Positions 48,153 through 60,506 of a stretch of 64,000 nucleotides of DNA are shown here, piece by piece. The position numbers were made by a program, and so were the translations under genes. The DNA is from Raillietiella orientalis (Eukaryota): positions 2,480,001-2,544,000 of the forward strand of contig JAYWIR010000032.1 of NCBI GenBank assembly GCA_036172245.1, written 5' to 3'. The notes beneath the pieces are model-generated. The model had not been told where the DNA came from. It worked only from the letters and a program-made list of their open reading frames with translations, and searched no databases. Numbering within the stretch: the stretch's first letter is position 1; the number at the start of each line of letters is the position of its first letter.

Positions 48153-51100
48153 CTGATGAATGAAGACAGATGTAACGTACAATGAAACATGAGTAACTCA
48201 TGTGAGCTCACCAAAAAAGTTATCACTGCCTGAAATGGGGAGGGCAGCAAATCCCCAAGCAGCACATGGGAAGAGGCAAGAAACGGTTAAAATCAAAAAA
48301 TAAAATCAATTCAAGTCTTAATTCAAAAGTCATTATTTACAGTCACAATTGCACTCTTGCTGGAGAGAAAGAAAAAAAAAAGACACACACACACATACAT
48401 ATGGAGCATTCAGATTTCTAGAGCAGTCTGAACTCCCATACCTTCTAGAAAGATGATGAGATTAAAAAGAAAAATAAAGATGGAAAAGAGCTCTTCCTCA
48501 GATACTGACCTGAAGGAAATTGGCCTAATAAACCTGCTGAAAAATCAATTTCCTATGAGTCAGTGAGTAATACATGTGCAAACAACCTATTGAGTTTCCA
48601 TTTTCTTCTGGAAGTGATTCTGGGTCCTGGAACTCAAGCTCCTGGTACAAATTATTATCCTGGCGTTCTTCCCTAAAATTTGATTCCGTGCACCCAGACA
48701 GTTCCCCAAAATTAGTCTCTATACTCACTTCATTTTCAAAGATTTTGGTTTAAATTCTAGAAGTCTTTCTTTCTGTTCCACTAAACTCAGATCTGTGTGA
48801 CCTAGGGAACAACATTGTTTTCACAGTGAAAAATCGAATACAACCACATGTTTGCACAATACTATTAAAATAAACAAAAACGTCACTTTTGTAAAGGCTG
48901 TACATACCCTCACATGCTTCTACATCAGATGGTTTACTAGGACTTTCCATTTTATGTTCACTGTTCTCCTCAAATATAGATTCCTGATCATAATCTTTTT
49001 CTGCCATCTGAAACATCAATAAACCGTACTATTTTCATTACAAAAAATCGATTACCTTCAATTCATGTTGAAGATTTACGTGTTCATTCTTAATACTGGA
49101 ATTTACAGTAGTTCCCTCTCCATCATAAATGCTGGCAAGAGATTTCAAAGGTAATTCCAATGAGCTAAACCCAAATGAGATGGGTCCAGAATTCACATTC
49201 TGCACACCATAATTAAAGCCTGAAAGTGAATAAAGTCACATCAGCAATGTTCATGTATTTGCATCAAGAAATGTCTTATAAATGATGAAATGAGAGTATC
49301 TCTTACATACTTTGAATTCTGTTATTCGAAGAATTCAAAATATCCAGGCAATCTGTGCCCATCAGAATTCTAGTTCGTTCCATGTAATCCATGTGGGTTT
49401 TGATTAATTCAGTGTATCTTTCATGAAGCTTGTTGTATTCTTTTTTCATGTCAATTTCTTTTTCTTCCAACCTAGAAACTAGGATACGCAAAATTCATTA
49501 CTGACAAAAGCAGTAAATTGAAAAGTACTCAATAAGCGTACTATTATGGTTAATGCTTTTCAATGCTCTGGTTTCTGCTATTATTGCACAATTCTTTGGT
49601 AATATTTGAGAAGTGCAGTACTGTCTAACAAATCATCCTACCTATTTGGGTAGGAGCAAAATGCGTGGCTTCGAATTAAATTTTAAAGGGGTAAGATCTT
49701 ATTTTTCATTATGCAATCTTCAGCATGATTCTGAATCTAATTCTCATATTTTCACATACCTTTGTGAATTTACAAATCATCATTACTATTCACGACTTAA
49801 GCAGAAGACAAGGGGAAAAAAAGAAAAAAAATACACCATCTCGAACACTCTGTGCATAAACAAAACTGAAAATATCGGTATTGAGTTACAGAATAAAGCC
49901 CAATGGAAGACAAACCAGATCACAGAATTGTGACTGTGTATTTATGGTAAACTTTAGAATTTCATCCAATTTACCATTACAAGTCATTTCTTTCACTTAC
50001 AAATCATTTAGGAAAAGGCTAATTAATTAAGCTAATTAATTAAAACACTGTTGTAAACAACACTTTCACAATCATTATTTCAACTGCTAAGAACTACATG
50101 GAATACACCAATACCATACACCTAAAGAGTAAGAAAGAATTATATTTTACAATTCAAGTAGACTAACTTACAAACTAGCTCTCAAAACAATGTTATCTGC
50201 ACTCTAAATGCTATGTTACAGAAATATCCAACTACTTACTCTGATAAGTTGAATTTTTTCCTTTAAGTTCAAGCATTCTCACGATTGATTCCAGGCTTTC
50301 AATTTTTGACTGTGTTTCCTTTCTTGCTTCTTCAAAAGCATCATCAGCTTCCAAGAATTTCTAAAAGTTGAAATTTTTGTATAAAATTAACAAACAGTTG
50401 GTAGTAAGGAAACCTGTCATGGTTAAGAAATTAGCTGAATGTCTACAACAGTTATATACAGCATTTATGTAAATGAAAATCTGATTTCACATCAACTTGA
50501 ATAATGTAAATAACAGACAGTGACAACTTCATTGAAAGTCATCACTCTAACACATTAATATTTGGTATTATAATTTCCACCCCTCAATTGTGCAAATCTC
50601 TCTTAACAGATTCACACGTTTCTGAAATTTATTTTTTATGCAATAAACTGCATGCTCTAGCTTTCACGAAACTTTCACTCTTTCATGGGGTCCACAACTA
50701 AGTGTGAAATATGGAAACTGAGGTCATATCTAAGAATTCTTTTTAAAACACCGAAATGAACCTAACACTCTTTAACAAATTCAACATGAGAAACTGCTCC
50801 AAAGAGCTTCTCAATGAACCAAACTACTGGCAAAGAAGCCCCGTGGCACAAATTTTGTCTCAACAAGGCCAATTTTCGAATGCAGTGACTTCCCTGGAAA
50901 AGACTGGATCCATATGGTGCACAGAATACTCTTTAAGAAGACAGGCAATGGCAAACAGAGGTTATTAAGATATCAATAAAACACTGAAAGAACAGACTGA
51001 GAGTATCCTATATATACAACATAAAGAAATGAAGGCATGGTAAAGAAGTAAATTAAAAAAGACTTTACTCTAAGTTTGGAAGAGAGTTCATTCATAAAGG

Positions 51101-51702
51101 AGGAAAAATGTGGAATAAAACAATACAGACACTAAATTATGAAAACGAATGGCTATACACAAATGGAAAATTCGTAAAAGAAACGGCTTGCTCCCTAAAT
51201 TTGTAGTTATTGGTTGAAATTTTTATCATTTATTACATCGTAATCTATAGAATGAAGTGTTCTTTTCTTTTCTTTTTTTAATGGTTTTACCATGCAATAA
51301 TTTCACCATTCTGAAACATCAGTCGTTTTAATGAGAACTATCTAAACAAAACAATCTCTAAACAGTAAAAGAAATTAACCTGACTATACTGAAAATTCTG
51401 AAGCTTACTTGTTCTTCCAACTTTCTCAGTTGTTTTTCTCTTTCATACTGTGTTAATAACTGCTCGTTATCTTCTTTTATGAGCTCCAATTCAACTAGCT
51501 TTTCTTGATTTTCCGTATATGAAAGATCCAAACACTCCAAAACATTCACCAGAAGGGGCATCAAATGTTTTACAACTTCTTCGTCATATTTGGCAATCAT
51601 TCTCTCAAATTCCTGATAAATGAGTCCGGCCAAGGCTTGAACTTTCTCCGACATCACGACATGTGGCTCTTCATAGGTTCCGTACACAATTTCCTGATTC
51701 AT
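44435..51702 (-). CDS. syd: JNK-interacting protein 3/4 (Sunday driver/UNC-16/MAPK8IP3-SPAG9 family), complete ~26-exon gene, ~1204 aa
   Basis: Exons: 51409-51702, 50240-50360, 49311-49478, 49056-49219, 48908-49007, 48729-48801, 48587-48672, 48510-48533, 48212-48229, 48095-48152, 47959-48015, 47753-47894, 47486-47679, 47266-47433, 46959-47193, 46756-46914, 46509-46692, 46204-46428, 45993-46070, 45865-45945, 45664-45814, 45399-45618, 45134-45305, 44882-44992, 44571-44822, 44435-44514 (3615 nt). RH1 [57 protein letters not shown]2 [23 protein letters not shown]40-like [33 protein letters not shown]. Confidence 0.96.
48212..48229 (-). CDS. syd: JIP3/4 18-nt microexon (GSDNFF)
   Basis: ccccatttcag|GCAGTGATAACTTTTTTG|gtgagc; symmetric phase 1-1; gives DNFFG just before MGREVENLI. 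Confidence 0.8.
48510..48533 (-). CDS. syd: JIP3/4 24-nt microexon (GLLGQFPS)
   Basis: ttttcagcag|GTTTATTAGGCCAATTTCCTTCAG|gtcagt; symmetric phase 1-1. Confidence 0.65.
48587..49478 (-). CDS. syd: JIP3/4 exons 3-7
   Basis: [57 protein letters not shown]; phases consistent. Confidence 0.88.
50240..50360 (-). CDS. syd: JIP3/4 exon 2 (leucine zipper I)
   Basis: tag|[40 protein letters not shown]|gtaagt; too short to appear in the ORF track. Confidence 0.92.
51409..51702 (-). CDS. syd: JIP3/4 exon 1 (RH1 domain)
   Basis: MNQEIVYG...[41 protein letters not shown]...EQ|gtaagc. Confidence 0.95.
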
Positions 51703-54700
51703 GTCGCTGCTTTCACAAGTGTACGATCAAAGGGTTATTCACAATGTCTGACACCAGGACGATCCCGTTCTGTACGTACACATTCGTTCCCGGTGAACGA
51801 ATTGTATTGATTTACACCGTACTTACATCGTCACGTTTGGGGCATTCTTTGGAAGAGGCAATCGCAAAAATTTCGGAGGCTGCTGCTGCCACAAGGTCCA
51901 CGGGTTCCCATGTTTACGCAGGGGGCACATTTGCGAGCACCATCCGATCCTCCCACGATGGGTCCGCTGCCCCTCTGAATGCCACACAAAGACACCTTCT
52001 ATTCGAATGTTGGAAAGTGGAAAAAAATTCTGCCGTGCAACAGTCGCGCCTCCGTCCACGGCGCTCGTCTTCGCCGTTCGTGAAGGCGGCAGCGGCGGGG
52101 GCCCGCGCGTGGGTGTTCACGGCGCGTGCAGCCCCACGGCGGATCGAGCAGACGGGGGGGGACCCTCCTCCTGGGAACCACACCTGGAGGGATCACCGTT
52201 CGAGGGGAAGACCGTGCCCGAAACGGAGTCAAAGGCCCCTCGCGACGCACAGGTCGAACGGGCCGCTGGACCTGGACCAGTCGTTTCTCTCCACGCCAAG
52301 TGGGTCAGAAATGGGGACCCCTCGAAGCTCGAAGCTCCCGGGAATGTTCAGAATAGGGAAATTCGGCTCTTTTTTTTTTTCACGAAATGGGTGTCTTCGA
52401 GACGTGTCTTTTCCCCTAATCAGTCTCGTCGGGGAGGAGCACTGTAAAAGACTTTGATCGAATCTCAGCAAGCTAGTGAAGATTCGGATCTAAAAACAAA
52501 CCGACACTGTAAAACACATAAATTAAAAAGTACTTAAAAAAGAACTTATTATTGAATACATAGCACACTTTCGGTCACATCGCTTTTATCATTGGATGAA
52601 ATAGATAACTATGTACTGTTGCTATTTACACGAGTGGTGCGGTAACCTTGCGAAAATCTTCCCAAGTACGTTTGCACCCGGATTTCCCAGTGCAAAAGCA
52701 GCCGAGGAAAAGATGCAGTGAACGGAAAGGAACGTCCGATTGACATTGGAGGGCAGGGGAGGGAGGGGGGGAGGAACGCCACAGTCTTCAAAATATCTTC
52801 ACCATTAAAAAACTCTTTCTCGCATGGAATCTCACATGTAAACAGCTGAGGCTTCAGCGAACGCCTGATCATAGGATCCGTTTGAAATAGAAAACACTTT
52901 CAGGAGTAGGAAGCAAACGCATCAACAAACAGAATCCTCTTTTACCTTATTGCCATTTTTCTATACAAAATCAGTATGTAACCGATACTGATGATGTGGC
53001 TATTAATTAAAACAAAACCGTATCTCGTGATAAACGTACTCCCAAACTGAGCGTTTTATTAAATGAAGTCAGGATAATGAAACCAGTTCGGTGCAGAACA
53101 ACAACAACAACAAAATTCAATCGACGACATGCCGAGGAAAAAGAGTCAATTTTTTATGCACTATCCGGAATGTAGGAAAGTAGCAATGTTCATAGGAGAA
53201 ACTGGAACAAAGATCAAGACATGGACTGGAAAAAAAAAACAAAAAACAAAAAACATCCATGACGAAATTGGATTCAAAGGCAGTTCGAAAATTAGGGACA
53301 TTTCGTGGCACCGTTATTTATTAAGCAATCGTAATGAAATTTCATCCTAGTCGTTTGGACAGAAAAGTCTGAAACTAACACTCCTTCGCTTGGATTGAAC
53401 GTTACTCTATAAATGTTTCAAAGATTTCCTTGAAAAAACTCAGCCCCCGATAGAAGTCTAAATACATTTGGATGATGAGGAAACAGGAACCTTGAAAATA
53501 CGTTTCTGGAACGATGGAATCCCAGCCAACATCTTTGGTTCAGTTTTTGCATCTTCCAACAGATGCGTTCAAAATTTCGAATAGGTTCTTCGAAACTTGG
53601 AATTGCGTTTCCTCCTTTTCCTTTCAAATTTAATTTGGGCTGTTTGGAAATCATTAAACATGGAAAGGGGAATGGATCAAAAACGTGTAAAAAAACAAAA
53701 TGACAAACAGAATAAAAATATTTGCGAAATATATTTACGGAGTTGCAGACAAATGTAATTCTGCATGAAGATAAGAACTTATCCACTCCCCTGTTTTGTG
53801 CAGAGAAACAGGAAAGATGCTGAGAAATCAATTGAAATCTCTTGCTAAAATGGAACTTCTTATAACAAATGAAAAACTGAGAAGTGAAGAAAACTGAATT
53901 TTCAAACCATACAATGCACCCCCAATGATAAAAGGAACTGAAAGATGATTCGAAAGAGAATGATGCTTGATCCTTGGGATGTAGATTCCAAAGATCAAGC
54001 GTTGTTCTCTTCATGCCATCCTCTGAATGACTTTTTTCTGCTTGACGACGGACTATATCGGATTGACAAAAGATTCGGTTGGCTATCGAGTGCGATGCTG
54101 AAATCATGAACGCCTATTCCTATTTCCTGATGCAACTTTTTCGTCTTCCGCCTAACTGCAGGAAATTCAACAGATTGAGATGTGATTTGATATGATTGCA
54201 GCTTCAGTAGAGTTCAGACGTAGTTGTATAAGAATCTGTATCTAATCCTTCCCATCTGTTAGGAAACAAAGCCATGTTTGAAGAATTCTATCCAGGGGAA
54301 ACTGTAGAACACCTGCCGGCTTGGATTCGTTGTCAGTCCTCCGAGATGCTGCTCTGCGTTTCCATTCCTTTGTCTCAGATCACAGTGAGGTCGTTATGCT
54401 TAAGAAGCAATGGTAATCGTGATATGGGAGTCGACATCGATTTGAACCAGAGCTACATGCCGAGGATTAGAACTTTCCGCTCATCTCGAGTCCATGCTCA
54501 AGTCCACCTTGGTCCATGCTGGAAGAAAACTTCCTCGTTTGCACCAAATCAGAACGAAAAACGAGACAGCTGGCGTCAAAAGGAAAAAAAAAAAAATCTC
54601 TTCCCTCAGTGTTTGTCTCAAAGGGTGCATAAGCACAGATCATCGATTTAATTACGCGCAAATGCACAAAAAATGGGCGAATTATTTTTCAGCCACTTCC

Positions 54701-57700
54701 ACTTTTGAAATATGAAAAGGCTTATCCGGTAAGGAACCGAATGAAGGCGTTCAGTCGAGACCACGGGTGGAAAGGTTACGAAGGCTGCGCGAAATGACCA
54801 AGCAGGGCTGCCATTGTTCACGCGGATTGGAATCCTTCATCGCCCAAGGGCAATCATCATCCTCTCGTGCATTGAACAGCAGCTTTTTCCCCCGTGGATT
54901 TCCTGAGCCTCCAATGGGACTTTCAATGAAAAGCACCAACTCATTCCGAGGTTTGTCCAACTGAGGTGTCGCATCGGAGCTGCTCGAACGGCGCCGCAGC
55001 GCGCGCGCGCGCGAGCGCGTGTTTTCCGCCCTCAGCCCTGATCTGAGCTTCCGTTTCCTAAATCGCACAATTCATCGCACCACTTCCACGCAAGTCCATG
55101 ACGGTTAATTCCCGGAAATCCAAAGAGTAAACTCGATCTTTCCGCGGCAAGCAATGCTTGTGGTTCCAAAGAGTGCCCCAAATCGCTTGCTGTATTTTGC
55201 CAGGCGGATTTCGGGATGCGGGGAAAGCGAAAGCGTGAAAGGTATTTCAGCAGAGGGAAAACAATGCACAGAACCGCAACGGCAGGCGGAAGAGGGAACA
55301 CCGTGGAGGGAAAATCTCTTCTTGTGAGGCCGTCCCAATTGCGACTTTCCACCTGGTCAACCAGGGTCTTTCGCCTGTCGTTTGTGAACCCGCGCGTGTG
55401 TGGGAATGAAGGTTCCTCCGACGTGCAAAACCTGCTGTTTTCGCGCAAAATACGTGAGGACGTGTCACTTCCCCTTCCCACCACCAAGCCGGGACTACGG
55501 AGACTGACGTCGTCTCCACTGCATGAAGGAAGTACTTCGAGGCAGCTGGGATACCTGAGACCATGAAGCATCAGCTTGAGGACGGACTCGCAAGCAATTG
55601 GAAGGGAAAGCGTCCTTATTCGAGAAGTGGTGCGTCCGTACGGGGGTGGAGTTCCCACGCCGCATTCCCTGGATCGCCTTCTGGAGCCCTGCGGATCGTT
55701 AATTTCTGCCTCGGAAGTCTTGCGAGAAGAGTCGCTCCCGGAAACGACAGTTGAGGATGTGGGCATTCTTTGCGTACAGTGTCAAATGAATCCTTTTCCT
55801 CAGGGCGGGTTCTCTCGTAAGCACGCGATCTCGTTGGCAGACTCATCCGCAACTTTTGCACTCGGTTCGCCCTTTCGTTGCAACCGGATCGGTCATCGCA
55901 CTCATTCTGCGGAGCTCTCTTCCACTCCTGTGGTAGGTCCAGGCCTCCCCAGAGGCGATGGGTACAAGTAACAGGCTCTCCCACGAATTTCCTCTTATGC
56001 AAGCAGAAACCTTGTCGTCCGCAGATGTGAATCCACGGCTTTTGGCCTCTCGAAAGATTTCTGATGTCCTCTCCAGCCAATTCCGAAATTCAAGTCTTGA
56101 AAGTATTCTTCACCGTTGAAAGCTCCCGAAGAAATTGTGAAACGCACAGCGTCGAAAAAGTTGCGTTTATTTTTCCATTCTAAGCATATAATATTTCAGC
56201 ATCACAAGGATCCTCTCTCGCGATTTTTCACCTCTCCTCGTCCAGTTTCCCGTCCTGACGAGCCCCTTCAGATACTGTTGGCTTTATTCACAACTCCTGA
56301 AGACTCGCAAGTTTCCGAGATTTTGGCTCTTCCTCTGCTAAACCAAGTTTTTCTATCGGAAGCCGACATCAAGAGACTCATTGCGATGTGAAACCGCAAG
56401 TTCACCATGAAAGTGTTCTAGGGAACCTTTCCGTTTCGCATGGTTTTTAGCAAAGTTCTTCGTTTCCGAGATGGCAGCTGAATCCTTCGCTTATTTCGGT
56501 GCCATTCAAAAATCAATCGGAACTGCAGTGAGTGGGAGGATGGGAACGAAGCAACTCCTAAATCTGGGAAACCTTTACTTAAACCCAGTGAGACGGGGTA
56601 TTCGAAAGTGAACCCATCATCGCCACCATCTGAGAAAAGCAGAATTTACCAAGGAGAAGAAACAGAAAAGCGCGTTTTTCTTCCAACGATGGTCAGAAGA
56701 CGGAGAGAGAGGCAGGAGCAACCCGCCATCCTTGTACTCTTCCTTCGATCATTTTGTGCAGGGTCATTCTTCTGCAGAACAGTGGTGTCAAGTCCTCGAC
56801 GGGAGTCGGTTCTTGCTTCATCGGAGCACATGGGTAACATGCTTTCTGCCAGCATGCTCGAAACTGAAGCTCATGAAAGGTCACAGCGTCTTCCCTTTGC
56901 CCAAAAGGGCATTTTCAACATTTCCACACCATCCGCACCTTTTCAGCCTACAGAGTTTCCTGGACACAGATTTTCCCAGGAAGGCAGGATTTTCTCTTCA
57001 GGAAATCATCGTTTCGCCTAGTCTCCTTCAGAAGTGAGAAAGACAGGGATCGCGAGGGTTAGAAAAGTCGAGAACACTCTGCGGCAAGGTGGAACAGGGT
57101 AGGCGTCCCATGGCTGACACGAAATTGGTCGCGACCTTTTAACCCGGATCTCTGGACTCCCTCGAACGGTTCCCGCGAGCAACACACTGCGTTGTCCGAG
57201 TTTCCGGCCAACATACCACAAGGAACCCGTCGAGTGTCGGCCACATGTAACACACGTGACCGATGTCCAGAGAACGCCAGACCCGTGAACAGGGACGTCA
57301 CAGCAGCTGATGGAGACGAACGGAAGGACCGACGGATTTTTTTCCCCCTTGCTCTGCACACCAGCCCACTCATCTTGTTGCTTGTCGCAGGCAGCAGTCC
57401 TCTCCGTCTACCGACGACGGGATCGAGACGTAAAAGTTCGCTGGTGCGCCAGCGTCCTGTGAAAGCTGCCAGATATCCAACAGAACCGTCGTGAGCGACG
57501 GGTTACAAGGAAGCGACATGTCCATCCGCGTCTGCTAGCAGCAGATGGTCCAGTCCGGGTTCCCAGGGACGCTATGGAAATCAAGGACGCCGAGAAACTC
57601 CAAAAATTGTAGAAACGAGTGTGCCTTTTTTCTGTTTTAATGGGATGATCAGGGGGCCGGAATATGGCAATTCGTGAAGAATTTTCTTTACTGCTGAGAC

Positions 57701-58005
57701 ACCGTGCCCCAATATGTTGCGCCGCCTGAAGGCGGCCAGCGCACAGACATCATGCAAAGCGTCTCAGACTTGGATCTGGGCGAGGGGCCCAAAGTCCAAT
57801 TAGTTAGAAGAAGAGGAAAACAATCCTGAAAGTGCTGAAGGCCGACGTGGCCTCCCAAGCATGTCCGACGCTTGCGTTTTTTTGCCCTTCTGTAACTCGT
57901 ATCCGGGCTGGTGCTAAGAATCGAATTTCGCAAGAGTCCGCAATAGGGAGCATTCGGCCCAGCTGGCCTCCTTCCGCACTCTGCTTTCCGGGGAACCGCC
58001 GCGGT

Positions 58006-60506
58006 CTACTTGAGACCCTGCAGATTCTCTGCACTGGAGTGCTTCCTCTGCATCGGCATCTTGCTCAGTTGCTCCTCATCATCCTCGGGAAACAGGGTGA
58101 AGCGGACGTGTTTGTCCGGAAAGTCAGGCACCAGTTTCGGCTTGACCGTCACGTCCGCATGCGGGGGCTGAAGCTTTTGCAACTTTTCAGGAATCTGCGT
58201 GGTGGCAGGCACTTGGAGGAGAAGCTCCGTCACTGCCTTTTTGATGAGAACCAGCTCCGAATCCATCAGCTGGTTGCTCAGTTCAAGCCTGGATATGTGG
58301 CTCTTGGAAGCCAGAAGCTCCTTCTCCAACTGATACGACTTTTCCGAGTGGGACTGCAACTGGTCCACCAGCTCCCGATTCTGGTTCTTGAGACTGGCGA
58401 TCTGGGCCTGCATGCGCTGCACATCTTCCTGAGTGATCTTCGGCGTGTTGACCATCTCCTCCTTGAGCACGTAGTACTCCACCTCGAAGTCCTGCAGCTC
58501 CTTGCTGATGGACATGCCGTAGGCCTGTGCAGAACGAGTTGTGAAGAAGCGGCCGGGAGCAGGGAAGGAGGGGTAGCATTACGTCGTGAAAGATCTGCTG
58601 CGTCTGCGCCGGTCCGACATTGGGCACAACCGTCCGCAAGTACTCCATCGTGGACTCGAGGCCATCACACTCCATCAGCTGCGTGGCGTGGCGCATCAGC
58701 AACGTCAGTGCGATTCGGTAGATCGCTTCCAGTCCGTACAGAAACAGCATGTCTGCAGCAGAGTTGTTCCCGTCAACCGCAGGCCACTCCCCTCCCCCCC
58801 TGTAATTACCGAATGCTCGCACCACAAAGCCGATGGGGAACTGCGATGCAAAGAGAGTCAGGAACCACGGAGCGGCGTACAGCGTTGGGGCGATCTCGTA
58901 GCAGTCGAAGCGAAAGTACAGTTCCTTCGCGTGATCGTGAACCAGTCGGGACAGCTGGTACATCTGCTTCTGCAGCACTGCCATGTCCGGCTGATACTGG
59001 GCCCTCAGGCCCAGCTCGAAGAGCAGGTGTTTGAGGGCAAGGAAGGCTTCCTTCTCCGACATCTGCGCGCGCAACTCAGCGCAAGGGAGGCACGGCGTTT
59101 CAGATACGTACGTGCAGTAGCAAGATGCCCGCTACGAAGCTGAGCCCTTGGCAATAGCCGACTTCACTGTCCACAAGAGAATAGGCTTTCAGCAAGTTGA
59201 AGAGTGACAACTGTCCGGTACCCATGGGTTGGGAAAAATATAAATGGTTGGGAAAAGTGCGACCTGAAAATGACCAGTCAGTGACCAGAGGACCACTTTC
59301 TTGCTAGCGGCATACCTAGATCCAAGAGGATGGCGTGCTGACAGGATGTCAGGTCCTTGAGTAATTGTTCGTAAGGAGTGTCCCAATGAGGAACGCAAGA
59401 AACTACAGCAGACATTCCCGAAACACGATTCTGGTCCAGGAGCAGCAGCCACATATCTCCCCTCTTCGTCTTTGGTATGCCTGGAAGGAAGGGAAAGCGC
59501 AACCTGCAGCTCGGAACAATGCTGGCCCTCAAGTACCCTTGCATAGCAATTCTGCTATCAAGTCTCGACTGAATTTCTGTTCCATACGTCCCGAATGGTG
59601 GATGAGCATGTCGCAGTAGTACTCAGTCTCCCGCGATATAGGGTAGCCCAGCTCTTCGTAATCCAACTTGAGCCGTTTGAGGGTGGCTTCCTCTTGGTAC
59701 ACTGCATGAGGTGGTTCGAGAGTCTGATTTCATTTCCCGCTCAGCTCACCGCGCAATCTTCGGTTCTGCTTTTCCATACGTATCAGCAGAATTTGCTGCA
59801 AGATAGCTTTCTTCCAAAGGGCACGCAACTCTGCAGACGAGTACTTCCCCTTTGGTGGCGAAGATACTTGGTCCATGGGAATGCATTCTAAACAGTTGGC
59901 CACGCATGTTGGGTTCGGAAGATCACACTGATCAAACCTGAGTCTGTCTGCTGAGAAGGGGATTTCTGGACGCGATGGAAAATCGACAAACGCAGAGAAG
60001 GTTTCCTGTCGAAGGTACTTGCATCAGAGGGAGGAGATGCGCACTCGGGCATCATCTCCTGAGAAGAGGTGCTGGCATACTTTTCCGCATCCCTGTCAGA
60101 TGTAACCTTCAGAAATCTAAAAGACTGTCACGCGACGTGTCATGCATCATCTCACATGTTCATAGGCGAAGTCTGGGGGATTGGTTTGCCTTTTTTATGA
60201 TGCTGTATCATTTCTTTGCGCACAGACTGCCTTTCCGAAGAGCCGATTGTTGTGCTACGCGGCCTGGAATGGTTCTTCCATAAACCAAGGGTATGATCCA
60301 GGAACTGAGTTCGTTCCTGCTTCTTTTCACTCTCTTCTTCACGAACATTTGTGGGATGACTGACAAGCAGCATGGTATTCGTGCTTTTTCTCGGCAAAGT
60401 GTCCGTCAGGTCTTTGGCTTCCCGACGTTTCAGCAGCTGATCGAAAGAACTTGTCAGGGACCTCTTGGCCTTCAGCAGAGCACCACGCATCTCCTCTCCT
60501 GCAGAA
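58006..60506 (-). CDS. plx: TBC1D1/TBC1D4 (AS160)/pollux-like Rab GTPase-activating protein, 3' part (9 exons; PTB-domain exons not seen)
   Basis: Exons 60156-60506, 59938-60116, 59750-59887, 59537-59701, 59316-59480, 59112-59263, 58810-59062, 58583-58752, 58006-58524. Motifs [50 protein letters not shown] (Arg finger), [10 protein letters not shown] (Gln finger), [26 protein letters not shown] plus coiled coil. Confidence 0.93.

Noticed and set aside
53418..54107. 229-aa minus-strand ORF in AT-rich DNA
   Set aside because: Phe/Ser-rich translation of T-rich sequence with no motif; a BLASTX check would settle it
55032..55766. 244-aa ORF containing KLMLHGLRYPSC, reminiscent of the EMC8/9 MPN N-terminus
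   Set aside because: Similarity limited to ~10 residues; flanking sequence does not continue the domain
57832..59034. 400-aa plus-strand ORF
   Set aside because: Antisense shadow of the TBC1D1/4 exons; no recognisable protein features
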